64,000 nt of DNA from Chrysomallon squamiferum (lineage: Eukaryota; Animalia; Mollusca). How positions within the stretch are numbered: position 1 is the first letter of the stretch; each line of letters opens with the position of its first letter. Shown one piece after another: positions 42,845-56,082 of the stretch. The DNA lies in assembly GCA_012295275.1 (NCBI GenBank), contig CM022673.1, positions 3,534,001 through 3,598,000 on the forward strand, given 5' to 3'. The notes beneath the pieces are model-generated. The model had not been told where the DNA came from and did no database searches. It worked only from the letters and a program-made list of their open reading frames with translations. Both the position numbers and the translations under genes were made by a program.

Positions 42845-44000
42845 TTTTATTTATTTATTTATTTATTTATTTATTATTGTTTTGTACTTTGTTTTGTAGG
42901 CATGTTTGTTTTGGCGGGTTGGTTGATTGGTTGGTTGGTTTTTGTTTCTTGGTTTTGTTTTGTTTTTTGTGTTTGTTGGTTTCTTAGGGAATTGAGAGAA
43001 GGAAAAAAAAGAGAGGAAATGAAAAGAGCACAAGCACCTGAAGTGGAAAGTATTTAAATGCATCCATTATCGTTACTCAAGAAACTATTTTTTTAATACC
43101 TTCTCGTGGACACTATTTACTTTTAAAAAAAAAAAAAAAAAAAAAGAAACACATTTATGTATGAATAAATAAAGCTGTATAAAAAAAAAATGGAAAAATT
43201 AATAATAATTTAAAAAGTAAATAAATAAATTAAAATATAACATCTGGAAAACAAAAGAAAAAAGTGTTGATTTTAAAGCGTAAATAATTCTTTGCCTCGT
43301 TTTCGGTATTTTCTGTAGCTTTACTTCTATTACTATTACTGCTACTACTACTACTACTATTACTGCTACTACTACTACTACCATTGCTTTTACTACTACT
43401 GCTACTGCTACTGCTACTACTACCATTACTTTTACTACTACTACTGCTACTACTACTTCTACTACTACTGCTACTACTACTTCTACTACTGCTATTAAAC
43501 AACAACGACAACAACAGCTACTACTACTACTGCTACTTATACGACAACCACTATTTGTTCTGCTACTTTACTAATGACAATGATGATAATAATCATAATT
43601 TATAAAAATCATTCTGATGATGATGAATGCATAAATGAATAGATATTTGTAAAAAGACGAATAATTCTAATTATTGTTTCTTTCTTTAATAAACTTTCCT
43701 TATTTCATTCTTTCTCCACATCTTTATATTACTTTCTTTCTTTCGTTTTAAATAGTTCTTTATTTTTGTCTTTAGTAAATTTCGTAAATGATATCCTTAA
43801 AAATATTTTTTTTTGTTAACAATATTTTTTCGTTTTATCTTTTTCGTAAATTAAATGTTAGTTTTTTGCATATTCGTATTACGCACTTTTTATCATATGA
43901 TATACTATTCCATAAGAGTTCAACATAAGTCCACGTGATAATATAACAAAGCTATGACAAATAAAATGCTTCTAAAACACAAATATATAAGACAAAAAAA

Positions 44001-44033
<33 letters not shown>

Positions 44034-44852
44034 TGTATGTGTGTGTGTATATATATAAACTTGGCTGCAGAACGTTTTTCATAAAGTTATTTTAACATTA
44101 CATATTTTTATTTTATTTTATTTTATTTTTTTGTTTATTTGTTTATTTTTTCTTCCTCGCTTTTTGTAATGAACTTTGCAAAAGAGGTTGTTTCGTCTTT
44201 TTTCGTTTACTTTTCTTTTTCCTTTCCTTTCTTTCGAAACATAAAAATACTTTTTCCCTTCATAAATATTATTTAATTATAATTTTACACTCATAAATCA
44301 TTTCAGCGTCTTATGACCAGAGTCAAAGTTACGGCCACAAAGAGGTATATTAACTTAATCTTTTTAAAAATTTCTTTAATAAAATGAACATTGCTTTTAC
44401 TTTCTCTTTTGATTTTTTTCTTCTATCTTTTTTGTTTTGTTTTTGAGTCTGTCTTTCTTTCTCTTTCTTACATATATACTGTTTACAACTATAAATATAT
44501 TTATTTACCATAAAGTATCTCTGTTTAATATGATTCTGTTGCCAAGACATAAATGCAGAAGATAAAAATCGCAAAAATCGAAGGTTAGTGCTAGTGTACT
44601 GGAGCTTTGCTTATAATACCCACTGTACTTGACATGCACCATAAAGAAATTTCGACAAAAATAAAGCATATTTTGTTTGGTCTATGGTCCACGCTATTGT
44701 GAAAAAATAAATAAATAAAAAGTCATACATATGTGCAATGAATGAATGAATGAATGAAAAATGGCCAAATGAAAGAAAGAATGAATATAACTTTCAGTAA
44801 TTCTTGAATGAAATTGTTTTATATACATTATTAGGTATCACACATGATTCAC

Positions 44853-44946
<94 letters not shown>

Positions 44947-45672
44947 GACAGAGACAGACAGAGAGAGAGACAGAGAGATTAACCAACACTCATATATGAT
45001 GATGATGATGATACCATGGCAGTTGTACAAAATAAAATCTTTTTTTTTTTTTAACAAAACTGTAGTAATAATTACGTCCATGTAAACAAACAAATCCGTT
45101 TTTCCAGCTTTTGTTGCCGAGATAAACTCATGAAGAAGACATCACTATTATCATTATAATAAAAATACTTGTTTTTTCTTCTTTTTAAATGTAGAATTTA
45201 TTTTGAATATAATGAAACAAAATGCTGACTTGGACTTTAAAATAATTGCGTTTACGATGTACGTGTCTGTTTGAGAGATACAAAAAAAAAAAAAAAAAAA
45301 AATTAAAAGTAACAACCTGGAATTGTATTTATTTGTGTATATGAAATCTAAAGCCATATGTGCATTCTTTCACGTTTGTTGCTGGCAGATATATGTACAA
45401 TGCTCAGTCTGCTATAAACATGCGTAATAAATTTAATTTAGAAAGTTTTCAAATCTTAAAAGCAAGTATCCTGTTTTGTAGAGAATGTTTTTTATATTTC
45501 TGATTTTGTTTACCTCTCAGTTTTTTCTCTCTCTCTCTGTCTATCTGTATGTTTATATCTTTCTGTCTATCTCTCTATATGTGTATATCTATCTACCTCC
45601 TATATGTTTGTATCTATCTATCTCTGTTTATCTCTTTCTCACTTTGAGAATCTCTTTCAATCTTTCTTACCC

Positions 45673-45740
<68 letters not shown>

Positions 45741-45946
45741 TGCCCAGCCTCTCCCTTCAAGCTAAAATTTCAGTTATCGTTCGTGAAGAAACGAATATAT
45801 TCTGTTGCTGTAATTATTATCAAGGTCTTCGTTATAATTATCATAATCACCTTAGTTTTGTTCATGTATACAAAATATTAATACATAATTCTTGACTGTA
45901 TGAATGGTTAGCCAATTTCTTTTGAGAGAATGGCAAAGATTTATAA

Positions 45947-46213
45947 CAGGGGTGGGCAATTATTTTTTCCATGTGACCACATGAGAGATAAAAAATATTG
46001 TGGAGACCCGGGCCAAAAGGTTTAACTGAATTCTGCATAATATTAATTTTATTTCTTTATAAAAAGCAGTAAATAGCATTGTTTTGACAAACTGGTAAAA
46101 CTAGTAAGAGTATCTGTTATGATTAAACAATGAAAAAGTGAGGTTGCCTTACAAAAAAAATGTCAACCAAAGGGCCGCATGTGGCCCGGGGGCCGAAAAA
46201 ATGCTCAGGTCTG
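45947..46213. mobile_element. hAT/Charlie-type MITE, about 270 bp
   Basis: Starts CAGGGGTGGGCAA, ends TGCTCAGGTCTG, has a subterminal GGGCCGCATGTGGCCCG motif; 8-bp flanks atttataa and gtttatag (6/8). Confidence 0.7.
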
Positions 46214-46475
46214 GTTTATAGCATGTTTCACTCAGATATATTCTGACGTCATCAGACAGTTACACGTACTTCCGTTTTAGTCTGCATTAGCGTCAAGTTT
46301 TAGTAAGGGAAATAACTCTTTTGCACTAAGATTCAATAATAATTTTGAATAATCTTCCCTGCAAAAACATTCAAACGAATACAAACACACACTTTTATAC
46401 ACACAAAAATAATTCTACCTTTTTTTATTTTCCCAGTTACAGAAATCGCTTTAATATAAAAATATTTTTTAACAT

Positions 46476-46606
46476 TCAAATAAGGCTCGCCATTAGACCC
46501 ATGCAGCAGACAAATACAATCACGTTATACTGCGCATGTGTGGAACTTGACACCAATCCAGGCCGCTTCAGAGCCACATCAGCATCTTTGTAGTGGATGT
46601 CGCCAT
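46476..46606 (-). CDS. CAP protein exon 11 (terminal; GPI-signal-like hydrophobic tail)
   Basis: YGDIHYKDADVALKRPGLVSSSTHAQYNVIVFVCCMGLMASLI then TGA at 46478-46476; ttcag acceptor, phase 1. Confidence 0.85.
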
Positions 46607-46753
46607 CTGAATTGTAATAACAATAACAAAAATTAGAAGAGCAACAATAACAGCAGCAACGAAAATAACTACAGTAGTAACAAGAAAAATAAAATAAATA
46701 AATAATATAATACCATTAACACGAATGACAAAAGTATCAGCAGTAATATCAAA

Positions 46754-46784
<31 letters not shown>

Positions 46785-46905
46785 GTTAAATCATATTAAA
46801 TTACACTACAATTACAATTAAGAACGTACATAACTGTACATCAGACATTCTCACAAACGCACATATCCAGGCTACACAGCATTTCTTCTGTTTACAAACA
46901 CTTAC

Positions 46906-47037
46906 ATGGACATTGGCCGCATAAAACTGGACATGCGTTGGGCGCATTTCCGTATATAAAACATCCGTTTTTGTCAAAAGGTTTCTGTCCACAAGAGGAC
47001 GCTTTCACTTCCAGGTATTGAGCCGAGGAGCAGTTCA
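46906..47037 (-). CDS. CAP protein exon 10 (ShKT/ICR-like module)
   Basis: LNCSSAQYLEVKASSCGQKPFDKNGCFIYGNAPNACPVLCGQCP, 6 Cys ending CPxxCGxC; cttag acceptor, gtaagt donor; phase 1 to 1. Confidence 0.92.
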
Positions 47038-47240
47038 CTAAGACGCAATTGAGACGAAGTTAACACACAGTCAGGATGAAATACGTAAACGTTAACCAAC
47101 ATCAGTGCAGTGTGCAAATACACAAAAATAGCAGCTAAATTAGTCGGACATTTTAATATACAGAAGTCTTTAAATTTTTAGTTATTAATAAAACTGTAAG
47201 TTCCGATTATTTTTATCCAGAAATGCAGATATATTTATCT

Positions 47241-47284
<44 letters not shown>

Positions 47285-47357
47285 ATAAAAATATATATAT
47301 ATATATATCATATCACATCATATATGTATTTCTATGTACATGCATGTCACAACTTAC

Positions 47358-47456
47358 GCTGACATGCATCTCCAACTTGAAAAGGCTGGTTACACGAACA
47401 AGTACAGTTTCTTCTGTTCATTGTAGCTCCATTGAGACAAACCTTTTCTCCGCAGT
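47358..47456 (-). CDS. CAP protein exon 9 (EGF-like module)
   Basis: DCGEKVCLNGATMNRRNCTCSCNQPFQVGDACQ, 6 Cys; tttaag acceptor, gtaagt donor; phase 1 to 1. Confidence 0.93.
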
Positions 47457-47526
47457 CTTAAACATAAAGAGACAAAAGGAAAGTGATGTTTAGAGAATGA
47501 CTGTTAACATTGTCAGTAACGAAAAT

Positions 47527-47600
<74 letters not shown>

Positions 47601-48220
47601 AGTATAGTATAGTATAGTATAGTATAGTATAGTATAGTATAGTATAGTACAGTAATGTATGGTTTTAATATATGTATACAGATGCTGTAACAAATATAAT
47701 GCCTAATACAAGATGTACTATAAGTAATATGCTCATGCATAATAGTATGAATAATTACTCTAAATTCAAATTTTATTCTTTCTGCTCTTTTTTTTTTTTT
47801 TTTCAATTCTTAACATCAACGTTTGCTAATAATACAAGTATCAAGATTACTCATTTCTCATGCTAATGATGTGCTTTCATTTATAAAATTCTATAAAAAA
47901 AAAAAAAATAATAAATAAACCAAATAGTAATAATACTCAGAAGAAGAAGAAGAAGAATGTCATAGAACGATTAAAAATATTACAAAATTCCGCCAGATGC
48001 TTTTAATTGAATCCTCTTTATCAGAAATTACGTCATTAAAATAGAAATACCTGTCAGACTTCAAAGAAACTCTCTCGTGGTTGTGCTTTTCTCGTTAAGC
48101 ATTACTAACAGTAATAATTCTGTACGTTTAATGAAAGCAAATTATTCGCCTGGAAGTTTATATATAGGTTATTTGTTCGTACAAAAACACATGAAATAAT
48201 AACAGTTAAATAAACTTTAC

Positions 48221-48306
48221 CACAAAGATTGTTCTTGCATGTATGTGGGCACGCAGAACAGGTCGACCCAGTCTTATACGGTGTTTTGTATCCGCCGAGA
48301 TTTCCC
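48221..48306 (-). CDS. CAP protein exon 8 (hinge)
   Basis: MGNLGGYKTPYKTGSTCSACPHTCKNNLC (CRISP hinge PYxxGxxCxxCPxxCxxxLC); phase 2 to 1. Confidence 0.96.
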
Positions 48307-48454
48307 CTGAAACCGTTACCACTGATTATTCAGTTGTTCTTTTGTTCTATCAGCTTAAAGTTAATTTGTTGAAGTATTTAGGCGTCATATTTAAAACTTA
48401 TTAAAGATATTTTAAATCCGTTTCCTATACAGCGTTATTATTATTATTAGCATG

Positions 48455-48529
<75 letters not shown>

Positions 48530-48847
48530 TTCTAAATAGAGGTGGGAGTTTTTTTTCACTCAAGTTACGTCAATTTTAAATAACACTTTGTAATCCATGT
48601 ATTTTTCTGTAATCAAACTAGATCGCTTGTACATTGTTATATTAGAATATTAAATTTATAAATCCCATAGACCAAAAATGATCAGAATTATGATTATACT
48701 AAGGAAAAATATATTTAAAATAATCATTATGATTTGTATAATTAGAAAATAATATCTAATTACATTAGTTATACATGTTAATGAAAACACACGTTTCACC
48801 TAGTTTTTAATGAAAATATTTCGGACAATATTAAGTTGAAAACTTAC

Positions 48848-48948
48848 ATAGGTCCATAGTTACAAACCAGGAATTTCTCTCGACGATTTTCTGAAGTCTG
48901 GCATTCAGCGAATCCGCATCCTATTTTTGTTGTATCCGCCCAAACCAC
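48848..48948 (-). CDS. CAP protein exon 7
   Basis: [16 protein letters not shown]...FLVCNYGP (CAP1 and CAP2 motifs); acacag acceptor, gtaagt donor; phase 0 to 2. Confidence 0.96.
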
Positions 48949-48991
48949 CTGTGTAAAAACAACAGTTCAGTCCTCTGCGTATTGTATCAAA

Positions 48992-49039
<48 letters not shown>

Positions 49040-49208
49040 CTTATTCTATGACGAAAATATATATATATACTTTTGCAAAGACGAGGAAGCCAATACCACA
49101 GATTTCACTGATGTTTGAAAGAATCAAAGAAATGTGTTCCAAAACAACAAACAGAAAACATTTTTAATCTACTTTCATGTTACGTCAGGTATGTGTGCGT
49201 CTGTGTGC

Positions 49209-49267
<59 letters not shown>

Positions 49268-49291
49268 GCTGCTGATGTTTTTTTCTCACAC

Positions 49292-49428
49292 CTGTGTGTA
49301 GTGGCCTACGTCATGAAAAGATGTCTCGACGTCGTACACAAACTTCTTGTTTTCGTCAAACCACGCCTTGATGCAGCTTGACCAGTCTGGGTAATCCCTT
49401 CCGTAGTTCTGACCTAATGATAGTCTCC
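49292..49428 (-). CDS. CAP protein exon 6
   Basis: GRLSLGQNYG...AWFDE...GHYTQ (CAP4 motif and start of CAP1); phase 1 to 0. Confidence 0.96.
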
Positions 49429-49759
49429 CTTGAATAAAATAAAAAACAAAAAAACAACAACAACAATATATCAATAACAGTGCTGTGTCTTATCGAACAG
49501 TTTATTTAAACTGCAGCATGATGAACATTACGCTGATTTTTTACATAAACATATACTTTCTTTAATTTTAAATAGTAGTAAGGAATGGAAGAAGAACAAG
49601 AAGAACAAGAAACGAGAAGAAAAATCAAACTAACAACAACAAAGATAAATCCATTTCGGTCATTAGTCAAATATCTAAAATGAAGTAAAACAGTGAATGC
49701 AGCCGCTCACGTTTGTGAAGTAAAGATGAAGTGTATGTATAAAAGTGTGTAATATCCAC

Positions 49760-49850
49760 CTGGTATATTTCTGTGTTCACCTGAGTCATGGCCCACGGGG
49801 CATGTATCCGCCCACGCCTGGGCAATCATTGCTATTTCATCATCCCAAGT
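49760..49850 (-). CDS. CAP protein exon 5
   Basis: TWDDEIAMIAQAWADTCPVGHDSGEHRNIP; tttcag acceptor, gtgga donor; phase 0 to 1. Confidence 0.95.
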
Positions 49851-49983
49851 CTGAAAAATACATTCATAAGAAAATGCCAGACAGATTCTCCGTCTTTTAT
49901 CCCCCTTATAACAATAATTATATGTAAAGACAAAGTAAAAAACGAAAGTGAAACAAAATATTACTAAAAACAGCTAAAATAAA

Positions 49984-50095
<112 letters not shown>

Positions 50096-50310
50096 TCTTT
50101 TCTTTCTCTCTCTCTCTTTTTATCTGTCTGTCTATCTATGTGTCTATCTATTTATTGTCTGTCCGTCTGTGTGACTGTCTGACTGTCCATATATATGTGT
50201 GTCTCTTATCTCTCTGTCTCTCTTTTTCTCTTTCTCTCTCTTCTCATTTTTCTCTTTCTCTTTATCTCTCTCTATCTCTTCTCTCTCTCTTCTCTCTCTC
50301 TCTCTTTCTT

Positions 50311-50370
<60 letters not shown>

Positions 50371-50406
50371 TGATAAACAAAAAGATTCATATAATTATCT
50401 ACTCAC

Positions 50407-50498
50407 TAATTTTAACATGTTGGAAGCAAGGGGGTTAACCATTCCTCTGTATTTGTTATGTTCTCTAACGATAATTTCTTTTTCTGTATCATTTACAC
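50407..50498 (-). CDS. CAP protein exon 4
   Basis: GVNDTEKEIIVREHNKYRGMVNPLASNMLKL (HNxxR and ASNM motifs); gtgagt donor; phase 1 to 0. Confidence 0.95.
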
Positions 50499-50890
50499 CT
50501 GTTACAAATATACAATACAAACTAAGTCAGACAACGACAGTTATCTCCCATTTATTGTCCTTCACGGAGAGCTTTCTGAACGTCTCTTATTTCAATTGTT
50601 TTTAATTCTTTTAAATGTAAAACTGGAAATTTTCAGTCAGATACATTTTAAGAATAGGTACTTAGGCAAATAAAAGCTAATGTATTCAGAAATCGTTTAA
50701 GTTTTAAAGCAAACAGTTAAGTGATAAAACTACTATAGATATACAGAATAAAGGCAAAGTTTTTAAAAGACTGAATACTTACATAGAGATATAAATTGAA
50801 AGAGATAAATAAAAAGAAACAGACCCGCTAGAAGCCAGGGAACTAAATATACACGTGTAAAATTTAATGTAACAGATATTAATATCTAAC

Positions 50891-50972
50891 CGCTGTTAAC
50901 TAAAGATGGTGACGGAGACAAACATGCCGAATGGTTTCCTATGTGACTGAATTTTTCATAACAATGACGCCC
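50891..50972 (-). CDS. CAP protein exon 3
   Basis: GRHCYEKFSHIGNHSACLSPSPSLVNS (C..HSAC motif typical of invertebrate CAP N-termini); ttttag acceptor, gttag donor; phase 0 to 1. Confidence 0.88.
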
Positions 50973-51094
50973 CTAAAATAAAATAAATCATTAAAAACAG
51001 ATAACGTATTCATTATATGCACAAGTATACACAAACGCACACGCACACTGTTCATATATATTTTTTTCTTTATTTGGTTACTTATTTACTTACT

Positions 51095-51133
<39 letters not shown>

Positions 51134-51144
51134 TGGCAATCATC

Positions 51145-51179
<35 letters not shown>

Positions 51180-51323
51180 TTTTCTAATATAGCCAAATAT
51201 TTATAAACTTATTAATATGTAAAGACTATTATTTGCACATTTATTGCATTCATATATGTGCACCTGTCTAAACATTTACGTATTTTCAAATCTGTTTTCG
51301 ACATCAGAAAGGGTTCCACATAC

Positions 51324-51394
51324 CTGAAAAGCATTTCGTGTTTGCAATGATCCATCTGCATTATGGAATGCAGTATGCTCCATAACACCATCCC
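51324..51394 (-). CDS. CAP protein exon 2 (propeptide-like)
   Basis: GDGVMEHTAFHNADGSLQTRNAFQ; ttgcag acceptor, gtatgt donor; phase 1 to 0, needed to join exons 1 and 3. Confidence 0.75.
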
Positions 51395-51902
51395 CTGCAA
51401 TACGAACTATCGAGGCATTAAAAGCAGTATGTAAAACATGACATCATCATCATGTAATCTGCATGTGAGCTGTATATTTCTAACTGACTGTTTAAAATGT
51501 AACAGGCAACGAACCTTTCGCAATAATAAAATATAACATTAACGAAGTAAACGAGAAAGGATAAGAGGTTTGTTATTTTATGTAGACGGTTTACTTATAA
51601 CTATTTGTTTTAAGTGTAATGGGAGATGAACGGTTCATAATAATAAAGTATTACAATAATGAAGTAAACGGAAAAAAGATTCGGGATTCGTTATTTCAAG
51701 GGTTATTATTATAGAATTGCTGGGATGGGATAATTTTGTTACCTTGTTTCAATGTTGTTTTTCGCTTAAGAGAGAGAGAGAGATAAACCACTGAAACGTT
51801 ACTAAACATAAATAAAAACATACACAGATGAGAGAAAAAGCGGACAAAACTGTCATAAAAATGTAATGAACAGTCGCATTAATTTGTTCTGTCTTAAAGC
51901 AG

Positions 51903-51938
<36 letters not shown>

Positions 51939-52050
51939 GTATGTATACACATATAGATAGATAGATATTATTATTGTTATACTTTTTATTATTATTACTA
52001 TAGTTATTATTATTTCCATTGTTTATTATTATTATCATTATTGTTATTGT

Positions 52051-52180
52051 AAATTATTTATTATATATATTTTTTCCTTATTATTTTTTTTGATGTACGT
52101 GTAGGATGTGAAATTGTGAAGAACACAAATCTGTGTTAATAAAGACTACAAATAATGCATGTTTCATTCATTCTCTTTCA

Positions 52181-52183
<3 letters not shown>
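52051..52183 (-). repeat. Dispersed repeat copy B in CAP intron 1
   Basis: Reverse complement of 40245-40381; both copies abut an (AAT)n tract on the same side. Confidence 0.88.
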
Positions 52184-52250
<67 letters not shown>

Positions 52251-52925
52251 CATCATCATCATCATAGGTGAAACAATATATATATATATAATTGGTCACG
52301 TCTATTAAGATATCTCTGCTTTTTGTTAATATTTATGTGACAATTTGTCATGAATCTGTATTTACATCGGACTCTTTCCAAAACTAATGTCAGAATCGTT
52401 TCGAAACAAATGCCAGAATAACGTATAACGACTAAGTCTAAACTATTCAAAAATAACATAACAAGTCTAATGTGCCTAACAACCTCTTTGAAAACCAACG
52501 CCTCTTTCACTCAGGCAAAAAAAAAAAAATAATAATAATAATAATAAAATAAAAACTAAAACGCTGATGCGTCCATGTTAAGCGTGCTTGAGCCTTGTCA
52601 AGTCAGCAACTGATTCCAGACCGAGATCAATCTTGTTGCTGTCTTCAAACATCTGACATCTGTCTAAATCAAAAGAACATAACACAGCCCTGAACTACAG
52701 CGCTTGATATAATTAATGACCTGTTCTAGCCAAAGAAGTCAAATCACCTCAGTTCGTGCGAAATTTCCTACTGTTTGTTGACAAATGGCGTGACATTAAT
52801 CCACGAAATATCTTTAATAAAACCAGTTGGCATATCACGTGTGATTGAAATATGTCTCTAGTGTAAAATATATATAAAACATAATCTATCTATCTATCTC
52901 TTTATCTATCTATCTATCTATCTGT

Positions 52926-52985
<60 letters not shown>

Positions 52986-53542
52986 TCACACACATACACA
53001 GATTCATACACACAGCCACACACATTTATGAAATATGTGTATACAAAATTTACATATACATAGACACGCACACGCACAAAGAGGGACACACACATATATA
53101 TATACAAAGATACATACATACATATATCTGCAAATACTAAGTTTGATAGAAAGGGGCAGGCAGATCGAGGGAAATTTAGAAACTTTTAAAGTTTATGTAC
53201 TTTTAAGAACCATCTCTGTATGATTTTATGAATATGAAAGGTACAATAATGACTGGTATGATGTAGATATATTAAAGTGTAGGGTATGATTCAGAGGACA
53301 CGACAGTATTGATCACCAGAGTTCTTATAAAATATTGTTTTTCACTCAATTCTGATGAGGACAATTAAAAACTTTACTTTATAAACACCAACAATTAATA
53401 TCTTTGTTATGGATTGTTTTTCTTGAAATATAAGGGCATCTAAGTACTTAAATTTGACAATTTTGAAATGTTAGAATGTTATGGGTTTCAAGGAGCTGTG
53501 GAACCGTGTGTGATTGTGTGTATGTGTGTATGTGTCTATGTG

Positions 53543-53583
<41 letters not shown>

Positions 53584-53744
53584 ACATTCTTATATCATCC
53601 TTTTCTTTCACTAATAACTATTTTTGCTTTATTATTATTGTTATAATTATTATTATTATTATTATTATTGTTGTCGTTGCTGTTGTTGTTATAGATATAC
53701 TTTTTATTATTATTACTATAGTTATTATTATTATTTTCTTTGTA

Positions 53745-53790
<46 letters not shown>

Positions 53791-53847
53791 GTTATTTTAA
53801 CACGTGAAACCACATTAATTATTTAGCATAAATCTGAGACAACTTAC

Positions 53848-53908
53848 CTCTAGCGCCAAATGAAATCGTCACAAAAATAGCGCAAAATACTGAAAATTTT
53901 GTATCCAT
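53848..53908 (-). CDS. CAP/CRISP-family cysteine-rich secretory protein, exon 1 of 11 (signal peptide)
   Basis: MDTKFSVFCAIFVTISFGAR-G; gtaagt donor, phase 1. The 11 exons total 1083 nt = 360 aa plus stop, all phases consistent. Confidence 0.8.
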
Positions 53909-54142
53909 AATGTTATTCCAACACTTAAATATGTTAGTCTGTCTTCAGCAGAACTTAGTATTATCTTTCGTAAAATCGGTTTGGCTACTGTAACGGGTGT
54001 AATTGATTACGTTCCTTGAGGTGGGTGTGTTGTCTGGGTGGTATCAGGTACCCGTCAGGAAGAAGTTTTGAAGAAGTCAGTATATCTAAACAATACTCAA
54101 AATAATCAGGTACAAAAGTAAGGTCGCCTTGTCCTCTTAAGT

Positions 54143-54186
<44 letters not shown>

Positions 54187-54243
54187 CGATTATGATGATG
54201 ATATAGGTGATGATGAATATGATGGTGTTAGAAAGTATTAATG

Positions 54244-54280
<37 letters not shown>

Positions 54281-54326
54281 CGATAAAATGATTATGATGA
54301 TCATGATGCAACTGAAATTAGTAAGT

Positions 54327-54360
<34 letters not shown>

Positions 54361-54471
54361 TAGTAATTGTAGTTTTACGCTGCTCTGATGTCATTAACAA
54401 ACATGACGTCACGTGATGTACAGTTTCGTAGTAACCGGTCATTGTTGCATCAAATTGCGTCGCCGAATCTG
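53909..54471. promoter_or_regulatory. Putative bidirectional promoter between the CAP gene and the unrecognised membrane-protein gene
   Basis: Divergent ATGs about 560 bp apart; overlapping TGACGTCA (54404-54411) and CACGTG (54410-54415), plus TGATGTCA at 54386. Confidence 0.45.
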
Positions 54472-54593
54472 ATGACGATGTCTCACTCAATGATAATATG
54501 TCAGAGGTCAATTCTCTTGTTGTTTTCCGTTTCAATAGTCATTTCTGTTATCGCAACTATTTATATTCAGTTGTACCCTTTACAGAATTCAGG
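54472..54593 (+). CDS. Unrecognised small membrane protein, exon 1 of 4 (start uncertain: in-frame ATGs at 54388, 54403, 54472, 54478, 54490)
   Basis: MTMSHSMIICQRSILLLFSVSIVISVIATIYIQLYPLQNSG; hydrophobic segment; GTTAGT donor at 54594, phase 2. Confidence 0.62.
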
Positions 54594-54705
54594 GTTAGTA
54601 CAATTTTTTTTTTTTTTGAATTATTGTTGTTTTTATTATTGATGTTGTTGCTGCTGCTGCTGTTGCTGTCGCTGTTGCTATTTTTCTAGTGCCATTTCTT
54701 GTTCT

Positions 54706-54745
<40 letters not shown>

Positions 54746-55234
54746 CAAAATCATCATATTATCATTAATAGCAGTAGTAATAGTGTTAGTGGTGTTAGTA
54801 GTAGTAGTAGTACTAGTAGTAGTAGTAGTATACGCTAATAATAGGAACAGCAATTGCAGTAACAGTGGTTGTAGCAGTTTATACTAGTAGTGGTAGTGGC
54901 AACAGAAGCTACAGCACTAGTAGAGTAGTAGCAGAAGCAGTAGTAGTAGTTGTAGAAGTAGTAGCAGTAGTAATGAAGACAGTAGTAGTAGTAGTGGTGT
55001 TCGTTGCTGTTGTGTTTCTGCACCCATTTCGTCCGTTTTTAGTAATGTAAATAAGGCACAGAGCACGCATACTTCCATAATTATACTCAAGTAATTAATA
55101 TAGTTTGTATATTTATTTATTTACTTACTTTTATTCTAGGATTATAGGTATATATTGTTCTGTTTAACTGTTATTTTCTTTGTTGTAGGTTATGTTATAC
55201 GTACACGTTATTCTACACATGTCTGTTATTTATT

Positions 55235-55267
<33 letters not shown>

Positions 55268-55387
55268 TTTATTTTATTATTATCATTATTATTATTAATA
55301 TAATTTTTCATCATCATTATTATTATTATTTTATTTTTATTATTATTATTATTTTATTTATTTTTTTTTTTTTTTTTTTTTTTTCAG

Positions 55388-55488
55388 GATCTGTTACGCG
55401 GTATCAAACAAATCAGATACATACGGACGGAATTACGCTGGTTTATCCAGTTCGAGCCATTTCCAGGATATTTTCCAGTATGGTTCAG
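55388..55488 (+). CDS. Unrecognised small membrane protein, exon 2
   Basis: Long poly-T plus cag acceptor, CAG/gtaaat donor; ICYAVSNKSDTYGRNYAGLSSSSHFQDIFQYGS; phase 2 to 1. Confidence 0.65.
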
Positions 55489-55949
55489 GTAAATGCAGCA
55501 AAACATGTCAAGTAAATAATGTTTTATATGTTGGCTTTCCACAAGCTGTACAGAAACAATGGTATATATGTTTTACTTTGAATACAAAAGAACTGTAATT
55601 TTTAAGCTGTAAAAAATGCTTGCTAATTTTTTTCTCTTTCCTTCCTTCCTTCTTCTTGTTCTTCTTCTCCTTCTTCTTCTTCTTCTCCTTCTTCTTCTTC
55701 CCCTTCTTCTTGTTCTTGTTCTTCTTCTCCTTCTTCTTCTTCTTCTCCTTCTTCTTCTTCTTCTTCTTCTTCTTCTTCTTCTTCTTCTATGTTAATTTAT
55801 TTTATTTATTATTTACATGCATGCTGGGATGGTGGGGTTGCACATGTCCATTTTTTTTTCTTTCTTCCTTTTGGCTTCAAAACCGTAAATCCGACATTTT
55901 CTGTTTTATTTATTTAAATAGAATAGATAATGTGAACTTTTTGTTCTTG

Positions 55950-56004
<55 letters not shown>

Positions 56005-56034
56005 TGTTATTCAATTATTTATACTCTTTTCTAG

Positions 56035-56082
56035 AATCTGTCGGTGAAGTTGCCTCTGTCATTATGTTACTTTCAGCTTTAG
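56035..56082 (+). CDS. Unrecognised small membrane protein, exon 3
   Basis: ctcttttctag acceptor, TAG/gtaaaa donor; ESVGEVASVIMLLSAL; phase 1 to 1. Confidence 0.62.
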   Translation, partial: NLSVKLPLSLCYFQL

